From Candidatus Harpocratesius repetitus (GTDB lineage: Archaea; Asgardarchaeota; Lokiarchaeia; Sigyniarchaeales; Promethearchaeaceae), in NCBI GenBank assembly GCA_021498095.1, contig JAIZWK010000001.1, positions 150,001 through 182,000 on the forward strand: a DNA stretch of 32,000 bases, in the 5' to 3' direction. The position numbers were made by a program, and so were the translations under genes. This document shows positions 10,424-19,300 of the stretch, piece after piece. A model generated the notes under the pieces. The model made no database searches and had not been told where the DNA came from. It was given only the letters and a program-made list of their open reading frames with translations. Each line of letters opens with the position of its first letter. The first letter of the stretch is position 1.

Positions 10424-10894
10424 ATGACTCAATTATCAATTCAAGCAAAATCTAGAATGTTTTTGTTTCATGACAAAATATATCATCATATTAAAACCCA
10501 ATATCCGACAATTCTTTCTCAAATATCAAATGTCTTAAAAGATCTTGGAAGATTTTTGATAATTATTAAAACATCAAATATCGAAGAATTATTGAATGAA
10601 TGTGGCAAATTTATTGATGAAACATTAAGTAACAACCAAAAAATCAGTGTGTTTAAGATTAAAGCAAATATGGATGATGATATAGATAATTTTATCGAAT
10701 ACTTCATAAATGTTTTAGAAGATTTTTGCTATAGTGAAGAAAAATCTGAAAAAATCGAAAAAGAAACAAATATGAGTCAAAATGATAGTTCTAATATTGA
10801 TTTTGAGCATCAAAAATTATTTCTTCAATCTTTAATCTCAAATTTGGCATTAAGTCTATTCTATGAATCAAAAAGGCATAAGAGAAGGAGATAA
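10424..10894 (+). CDS. Hypothetical helical acidic protein (156 aa), possibly a second small-subunit-like or ancillary protein
   Basis: Good SD (GGTGG, 7 nt upstream), amphipathic helical pattern, co-oriented in the operon. No family motif recognised. Confidence 0.55.
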   Translation: MTQLSIQAKSRMFLFHDKIYHHIKTQYPTILSQISNVLKDLGRFLIIIKTSNIEELLNECGKFIDETLSNNQKISVFKIKANMDDDIDNFIEYFINVLEDFCYSEEKSEKIEKETNMSQNDSSNIDFEHQKLFLQSLISNLALSLFYESKRHKRRR

Positions 10895-10896
10895 AT

Positions 10897-11058
10897 TTGA
10901 TCTCTTTTAATGATGATGAAAAAAAAAGGAATTTATCAATAATTGATGATTTAATTGCAGAAAATAACGATACTATCACATTATTTCTTTCAAACCAAAC
11001 AGAGAGCGTGATATTCAATTTGAAGAAGAGATTTCAAAAAAAATTATGGAAACATTGA
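10897..11058 (+). CDS. Small unannotated ORF (53 aa)
   Basis: AGGAG SD 6 nt upstream of TTG 10897; reads LISFNDDEKKRNLSIIDDLIAENNDTITLFLSNQTESVIFNLKKRFQKKLWKH. Below the ORF-track size cutoff. Confidence 0.35.
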   Translation: MISFNDDEKKRNLSIIDDLIAENNDTITLFLSNQTESVIFNLKKRFQKKLWKH

Positions 11059-11130
11059 TGAGTTAATGGATAAATTCCGCATTCCAATCCATTATTTTAA
11101 AGATTACGCATAATATATTATCTTATATCG

Positions 11131-12534
11131 ATGAAAATTCAAACCCTCTTTTATTCTTATGATTGTTACTTATCAAAAAATGAGAAAAATACGCTAAATT
11201 CTCAAAAAACAGCAGTATCAGATTCTTTTCAAAGCTTTTTTTTCCAAAACTATAACATCTTTATAGAAACTAGAAAAATCCCAAAAAAGCACCAATTTAT
11301 CTTATTTTTAACAAAACCTATGTCTTTATCAGATATCAAAACAACATACTGCAATCAAAACACTAATTTTTCATTCTCATTAATTTGGTGGAATGAACCT
11401 GATCCTGATTTAGTTCTATTTTATGAAACACTTTTTTCTCAAACATTTCCATTAAAATTAATAAAAATTCAATTCCGAGAAAAATATACGTCATTTAGAA
11501 AAAATAGGGCGGATTATTACAAATTCAAAGAGAAAATCGCTTTTATTTCAAATTTGAAATCAGATCTCGCTATTAAATATAAAAACAATAAAAATTCAAT
11601 TAATAATTCATCTGATTGGAATAAAAGAGACATAAAAAAATTAAAAGAATTAAATAAGTCGAAAAACTCAAAAGAACTAAATAAGTCGAAAAACTCAAAA
11701 GAATCAGCTAATTCAACAGAAACAAAGGCTCAAACTCAAATTAAAATAAAAGATTGTCAAAAGAAAATAACAATCTATTGCAAAACACCATTTTTCGGCT
11801 CAATCTCGAAAGAATTATCTGCTTTTTTTATTGGTTTAGATGAATCAAATGGAAATATCAACAGAGAAAATCTAAAAAAGCGTTTTCTGGCATTAAAAAA
11901 TTTCATAATTACCTTATTACATAATTCTGTAGATAATTTTAATCGCCTATTTCCAGAATACTTTAATGAATTTCAAAATAAAAGTAATAATGATTTAAAT
12001 CTACGTAATTTTGATACTGCCAATTCTCTTAAAATTTTTATAATTTTTGAAAAATGGTGGGAACAAGTAGTAAAAGAAACAAATCACACAGCGTATGATT
12101 TGATCAATTCACAAATTTCAATAAATTCAGGAAATTCAACAGACCAAGCAAGTCAGATAAACCAAACAAATCCAACAAATCTAACAAATCAAACAAATCC
12201 AACAAATCAAACAAATCCAACAAATCTAACAAACCAAACAAATCCAATAAATCGAAAAAATTTACAAATTTCAGCAGTTTCAACAAATTTAAAACAATCT
12301 CAGTTTTTTAAAAAATCATTAACAATTTATCCCAATTTTTCATATTGGAAATTTAATTTGGAACTTCCATTAAATATTTTTAACGGTTTTCCACAACTTT
12401 TAGATTACTTGCTTGATATTGCGGCATTTCAAATCCCTTTACAAAAACCTTCACAATATGGAAATGCAATTATAGGAATTACAGAAGTATCGAAATTATT
12501 TTCAAATGAAAAGCAAATTTCACAAAGATCTTAA
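11131..12534 (+). CDS. Divergent Cas6-like protein with low-complexity insertions and a degenerate Gly loop
   Basis: Between the effector operon and cas4; ITIYCKTPF resembles the second-RRM strand; C-terminal LLDYLLDIAAFQIPLQKPSQYGNA aligns with the LL..A...GhG.....GhG segment but has lost most Gly. Confidence 0.55.
   Translation: MKIQTLFYSYDCYLSKNEKNTLNSQKTAVSDSFQSFFFQNYNIFIETRKIPKKHQFILFLTKPMSLSDIKTTYCNQNTNFSFSLIWWNEPDPDLVLFYETLFSQTFPLKLIKIQFREKYTSFRKNRADYYKFKEKIAFISNLKSDLAIKYKNNKNSINNSSDWNKRDIKKLKELNKSKNSKELNKSKNSKESANSTETKAQTQIKIKDCQKKITIYCKTPFFGSISKELSAFFIGLDESNGNINRENLKKRFLALKNFIITLLHNSVDNFNRLFPEYFNEFQNKSNNDLNLRNFDTANSLKIFIIFEKWWEQVVKETNHTAYDLINSQISINSGNSTDQASQINQTNPTNLTNQTNPTNQTNPTNLTNQTNPINRKNLQISAVSTNLKQSQFFKKSLTIYPNFSYWKFNLELPLNIFNGFPQLLDYLLDIAAFQIPLQKPSQYGNAIIGITEVSKLFSNEKQISQRS
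11643..11705 (+). repeat. 27-nt in-frame tandem repeat (KELNKSKNS x2 plus partial)
   Basis: aaaagaa(t/c)taaataagtcgaaaaactc at 11643 and 11670, partial copy at 11697. Confidence 0.9.
12160..12252 (+). repeat. 9-nt in-frame tandem repeat, about 10 units (NQT/NPT/NLT)
   Basis: Read directly; encodes NQTNPTNLTNQTNPTNQTNPTNLTNQTNPIN. Confidence 0.9.
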
Positions 12535-12638
12535 AATATTAAGGATCTGAGATATTTTTTATTTTGTTCATTAACATTTAGGTCCCATTTTATTGACCTT
12601 TTTTTCATCTCAGCTTTCAAATATTTTAGCTCTCTCAA

Positions 12639-13325
12639 ATGATAATGAAAATGTCAAAAATAATGGATGATTGGTTCCCATTAGAGCCATTAAACAAAAA
12701 GAAAAATGGGGAATGGTTTTTCTCAGCAGATGAATTACGACAATATTTTTACTGCCCCAGAATTCCATTTTATAGAATTGTCCGTAAATTAAAAACAAAT
12801 CAAACAGCAATAATGCGTAGAGGTAAAGTATTTCATGAAAAAATTGTTCATAAACGCAAAAAACTTGAAAAATGGCTTAAAATTAATGAAAAAAACCAAG
12901 AAAAAAACATGTATTACTTCAATCTTTATTTAGAATCTCCATCATTGCACCTGCTTGCCTACTTAGACTTGGTTGAAAAGGAAAAAGATTCAAATGAAAT
13001 ATATCCAGTCGAATTAAAAACTGTGTCAGAACTCCCTAAAAATAATATATTTTTAGTAAAAGGTCATTTAATTCAACTCACTGTACATTCACTCCTTTTA
13101 GAAGAACATTTTAACACTTTTATCTCCAAAGCAAAATTAATCTATATATCTAATGAAAAAGTAAAATCTTTTTGGCAGGAAATCACAATTGACATGAAGA
13201 AGGTTGTTCTGAAAACGGTGAATAAGATGCATAAAAGTATAATTTCGGAAGATATTCCCGCTCCAATCAAAAATCTGAATAAGTGCAGAGTTTGTGATTT
13301 CAGACGCATTTGTAAAATAATTTAG
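12639..13325 (+). CDS. cas4: Cas4 RecB-like Fe-S nuclease
   Basis: QYFYCPR, GKVFHE, YLDLVE, PVELK, QLTVH, C-terminal CRVCDFRRIC (four-Cys cluster). Confidence 0.9.
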   Translation: MIMKMSKIMDDWFPLEPLNKKKNGEWFFSADELRQYFYCPRIPFYRIVRKLKTNQTAIMRRGKVFHEKIVHKRKKLEKWLKINEKNQEKNMYYFNLYLESPSLHLLAYLDLVEKEKDSNEIYPVELKTVSELPKNNIFLVKGHLIQLTVHSLLLEEHFNTFISKAKLIYISNEKVKSFWQEITIDMKKVVLKTVNKMHKSIISEDIPAPIKNLNKCRVCDFRRICKII

Positions 13326-13383
13326 ATTTTTTCAATTTTCATTTATCTATTTCAAAAAATAAATATGTGGTTAATTTTGCTAA

Positions 13384-16300
13384 ATTTCAATTAACTCTTT
13401 GATAGTTTCAAGCTTGCAGGTAGACACCTTTTTAAACGACAAATCAGTAACCATTAAATATTTCAATTATCTCTTTGATAGTTTCAAGCTTGCAGGAAAA
13501 AAAAAATTTATTTTAGGGGGGGGGTACTGCTTTATTTCAATTATCTCTTTGATAGTTTCAAGCTTGCAGGAGCATTTATGCTCAGATGGGACCTGGCACT
13601 ATCCACGCATTTCAATTATCTCTTTGATAGTTTCAAGCTTGCAGGATTATACTACAAAAGTTCTAAATCCCAAATTCTTTTTATTTCAATTATCTCTTTG
13701 ATAGTTTCAAGCTTGCAGGCTCAATCATCTGATCGATCTTCGATTAATTGAAGAGAAATTTCAATTATCTCTTTGATAGTTTCAAGCTTGCAGGGGGAGC
13801 ATGTGATTATCATGCTCAATTTGCTGAAGATGGATTTCAATTATCTCTTTGATAGTTTCAAGCTTGCAGGTTATCCTCAAAATAATTATACCATGCGAGT
13901 AAATCTTCATTTCAATTATCTCTTTGATAGTTTCAAGCTTGCAGGGGTCAACCCGATTTTGTTATTCGATCTCAATTATACTGATTTCAATTATCTCTTT
14001 GATAGTTTCAAGCTTGCAGGAAACTGAAGGGCTTTTTCCCTAATCTGACTGTAGGTTATTTCAATTATCTCTTTGATAGTTTCAAGCTTGCAGGGATCGG
14101 TTGTATCATCAGATCTACAGTGAAGTGCTTGAATTTCAATTATCTCTTTGATAGTTTCAAGCTTGCAGGACATGGCTTGTGCCAACTGGGAAAGTTGCTT
14201 CAACAATGAATTTCAATTATCTCTTTGATAGTTTCAAGCTTGCAGGGGTCAACCCGATTTTGTTATTCGATCTCAATTATACTGATTTCAATTATCTCTT
14301 TGATAGTTTCAAGCTTGCAGGCTCGTGGGATTAGCACTTGTGAAGCGTGGAAACTGCAGATTTCAATTATCTCTTTGATAGTTTCAAGCTTGCAGGCCCA
14401 AAGATGCGGCAAAAATCATTAGAAATTGCTTAAAATTTCAATTATCTCTTTGATAGTTTCAAGCTTGCAGGGATATCTTGTCCGTTTAAATCGATAGTAT
14501 CTTTTCTTAAATTTCAATTATCTCTTTGATAGTTTCAAGCTTGCAGGGATCAAATCAATGGATAACAAGAATGCGCTTTTACACATTTCAATTATCTCTT
14601 TGATAGTTTCAAGCTTGCAGGAGAATCGAGCAAAGATTATTATATTTCTTTGCAAGATTAATTTCAATTATCTCTTTGATAGTTTCAAGCTTGCAGGTGG
14701 AAAGAACAATGAAAAGATGTCAGTTGAAAAAGCATTTCAATTATCTCTTTGATAGTTTCAAGCTTGCAGGAAAAAAAAAGATTATTCTTCCCACCCTTCG
14801 GGGGTGAATTTCAATTATCTCTTTGATAGTTTCAAGCTTGCAGGTGCAATGAAGGTATTGAAGGTGTATAAAAACAATAAAATTTCAATTATCTCTTTGA
14901 TAGTTTCAAGCTTGCAGGTTGCCAAAAGCTATTCAATCTCTCAAATCTGAGTTGAGATTTCAATTATCTCTTTGATAGTTTCAAGCTTGCAGGGATAATG
15001 ATCATTTCATAAACTCAAGCGAAAAAAAAGAATTTCAATTATCTCTTTGATAGTTTCAAGCTTGCAGGGTTACCTTCTATAATAACTTTGGGTGGAAGAC
15101 AATAGAATTTCAATTATCTCTTTGATAGTTTCAAGCTTGCAGGGAGCTCCCTTCTCAATGCTGGTGGGCTGTATGTTCACATTTCAATTATCTCTTTGAT
15201 AGTTTCAAGCTTGCAGGCGTTCTTGACATAAATTTCTCTCACCTCAGCTTTTAACATTTCAATTATCTCTTTGATAGTTTCAAGCTTGCAGGCCACGTAT
15301 TTGAGGCAGAAGCAGAAATTCTTTCTGAGATATTTCAATTATCTCTTTGATAGTTTCAAGCTTGCAGGAATATGATTTGAAATTATATATCTTAAGATGT
15401 TCTACAATTTCAATTATCTCTTTGATAGTTTCAAGCTTGCAGGGATGAATATTCCTCATCTTCAGGATCGGTGATTACCATTTCAATTATCTCTTTGATA
15501 GTTTCAAGCTTGCAGGCAATTATGTTTTTTGAGCAACTTAAACTGATTTTAGCAATTTCAATTATCTCTTTGATAGTTTCAAGCTTGCAGGGTTAAGATT
15601 CCCATTAAAACTGATGAGGAGACTGGCGATTTCAATTATCTCTTTGATAGTTTCAAGCTTGCAGGAAATTATTCAAAAAAAATGGAGATCTTAATCCAAA
15701 CTAATTTCAATTATCTCTTTGATAGTTTCAAGCTTGCAGGAGAGAAATTGAGAATGCCTCTCTGACCTCTTCAGAGTTATTTCAATTATCTCTTTGATAG
15801 TTTCAAGCTTGCAGGAGAAATAAAGCAATTAGAGCAAGATTTTCAAAGAAAATATTTCAATTATCTCTTTGATAGTTTCAAGCTTGCAGGTCTCTTGATT
15901 TAACAAAATCTCTTCTAAACTCGAATTCAATTTCAATTATCTCTTTGATAGTTTCAAGCTTGCAGGTTCAAGTCAAACAATTGAATTGAGTAAATCCGTC
16001 GATTTATTTCAATTATCTCTTTGATAGTTTCAAGCTTGCAGGTGGGATAGCCACTACAACAGAGAAACTGAGAGAAATTGATTTCAATTATCTCTTTGAT
16101 AGTTTCAAGCTTGCAGGATCTACAGTTGGATGAATTGGAAAGACTTAAGCCAATGCATTTCAATTATCTCTTTGATAGTTTCAAGCTTGCAGGTTTTATT
16201 GCAGCAGTAGTTAAGAATGATGCGTGGGCTATTTCAATTATCTCTTTGATAGTTTCAAGCTTGCAGGCTTTTTCACGTAATAACTCATATATTGCATCTG

Positions 16301-19300
16301 CTGAGATTTCAATTATCTCTTTGATAGTTTCAAGCTTGCAGGCCAAACATTTTATTATATATTATGAAGTTATCAAAGGAATTTCAATTATCTCTTTGAT
16401 AGTTTCAAGCTTGCAGGGCATTTTACGGAATGCATCAAGATTGGTTTTGGACCGCATTTCAATTATCTCTTTGATAGTTTCAAGCTTGCAGGGTGGTTGT
16501 TCCTTATACGGGTAATAAAAGCGATTTTAAATTTCAATTATCTCTTTGATAGTTTCAAGCTTGCAGGGTTCATGAGAAACGCGTTCAGAAAATAAAGCAA
16601 TTTGAATTTCAATTATCTCTTTGATAGTTTCAAGCTTGCAGGATTAATGCTAAAGTCAAGCCAAAAGAATGGCATTACGAATTTCAATTATCTCTTTGAT
16701 AGTTTCAAGCTTGCAGGCTAACAACATTCAAGCTGATGCTTCTGAATCTTCCAACTATTTCAATTATCTCTTTGATAGTTTCAAGCTTGCAGGTAATTAT
16801 AATTGTAATATGGGTACTATTTATATTGATTTATTTCAATTATCTCTTTGATAGTTTCAAGCTTGCAGGTGAACTGAAAGAAGAGTTCAAAGATATCGTG
16901 CAATTTTTATTTCAATTATCTCTTTGATAGTTTCAAGCTTGCAGGGAAGAATTTCCTTCAAAATCTCATGGGAGATTCAAGACATTTCAATTATCTCTTT
17001 GATAGTTTCAAGCTTGCAGGACGGAAAAGAGCAGCATTTTTGATGAGAAGAGGGTAAAATTTCAATTATCTCTTTGATAGTTTCAAGCTTGCAGGCTGTA
17101 TAACCAGGAAAAAAGCGCCGGAAGAAAATTCAAATTTCAATTATCTCTTTGATAGTTTCAAGCTTGCAGGAAAATTTCTGTTAGACAGGATGTCTATGCA
17201 CAATTATGATTTCAATTATCTCTTTGATAGTTTCAAGCTTGCAGGCCTTTGATATGGGTGCTGAAATCTATACTGCACAAAATATTTCAATTATCTCTTT
17301 GATAGTTTCAAGCTTGCAGGTTCTTTAATCAAATATTTTAATCAATCTTTCAATTTCAATTTCAATTATCTCTTTGATAGTTTCAAGCTTGCAGGCCAAG
17401 CGGATTTCGTGGGATCTCCGAGATCTGCATAAATTTCAATTATCTCTTTGATAGTTTCAAGCTTGCAGGAGGTTCAACGAAAGAAGATCCTTTATATCCA
17501 CATGGAGATTTCAATTATCTCTTTGATAGTTTCAAGCTTGCAGGGAATTTATTAGTTTGGGTGGTGAGTAGAGACAAAAGAATTTCAATTATCTCTTTGA
17601 TAGTTTCAAGCTTGCAGGAAGGATGCAGTATTAAGGCAATACTGCTCCATCCGGTTATTTCAATTATCTCTTTGATAGTTTCAAGCTTGCAGGAAATTAT
17701 TTAAAGAAATGTATGAATTAACATCAATTAAATTTCAATTATCTCTTTGATAGTTTCAAGCTTGCAGGAGTGAGAGTTAATACTCTCATGTTTGCTGGGA
17801 GTCTATAATTTCAATTATCTCTTTGATAGTTTCAAGCTTGCAGGGGTGCATTTACCCATTCGATCTTCTTTTATAAATGAGTATTTCAATTATCTCTTTG
17901 ATAGTTTCAAGCTTGCAGGTTTGAAGTTTTGCTGCTGAAGGGTTTTACTATACCGGAAATTTCAATTATCTCTTTGATAGTTTCAAGCTTGCAGGTTTTT
18001 TTTCGTGATTTTTTCTTGACTTGGATTACAGGAATTTCAATTATCTCTTTGATAGTTTCAAGCTTGCAGGAGCAGACAATTCAATTCCAGAAGAGGGTAA
18101 AAAGTTTCATTTCAATTATCTCTTTGATAGTTTCAAGCTTGCAGGTGAGTGTGAATGAGTATAACCGTCCAGCCCAAATCTCCTATTTCAATTATCTCTT
18201 TGATAGTTTCAAGCTTGCAGGAATTTCTTTGGGACAAAGACATTCAACACATTCGAATTCATTTCAATTATCTCTTTGATAGTTTCAAGCTTGCAGGAGT
18301 GAGATTTGGAATGAAATTTTATGCTCATGTCTCAGATTTCAATTATCTCTTTGATAGTTTCAAGCTTGCAGGGTATTTTAATCATTTCTTCCCATGTTTT
18401 ATCATTAAAATTTCAATTATCTCTTTGATAGTTTCAAGCTTGCAGGTCCTACATATGGATAATCTTGACACAGTTCGAGAGAATAATTTCAATTATCTCT
18501 TTGATAGTTTCAAGCTTGCAGGTTCCTACTTCAGTTTGGTTGCATTCCCCAAAATCTTCAATTTCAATTATCTCTTTGATAGTTTCAAGCTTGCAGGCCA
18601 TTACCCCTATCATAAAATTTCTAAGAGTAGGCTCAATTTCAATTATCTCTTTGATAGTTTCAAGCTTGCAGGTTATATATTTTAAAATATAATGTAAAGT
18701 CTTATCTGTAAATTTCAATTATCTCTTTGATAGTTTCAAGCTTGCAGGAAAAGATCTCTTTTTTCTTTATCTTCTGGAAGATTAATATTTCAATTATCTC
18801 TTTGATAGTTTCAAGCTTGCAGGAATAATTACAACTTTTCAAAAATGTGAATTCTACATGTATTTCAATTATCTCTTTGATAGTTTCAAGCTTGCAGGAA
18901 TTAAGGAAGCATTACCGTCCAAAGAGACAATATTGGATTTCAATTATCTCTTTGATAGTTTCAAGCTTGCAGGTTTGAATGCAGAAGAAGAAAAGCAATA
19001 TGAAAAAATCAGATTTCAATTATCTCTTTGATAGTTTCAAGCTTGCAGGTTTTTTCTTTATCCATTCTAACCATCTCACTAAATTATAATTTCAATTATC
19101 TCTTTGATAGTTTCAAGCTTGCAGGTATGATGCAGTAACTCATATTTCAGAAATAACTTTTGCATTTCAATTATCTCTTTGATAGTTTCAAGCTTGCAGG
19201 CTATTATCTTGATATAAATTCGTTATATCCTTACGTAAATTTCAATTATCTCTTTGATAGTTTCAAGCTTGCAGGATTCACGAGCAAAGGCTCAAGAAAA

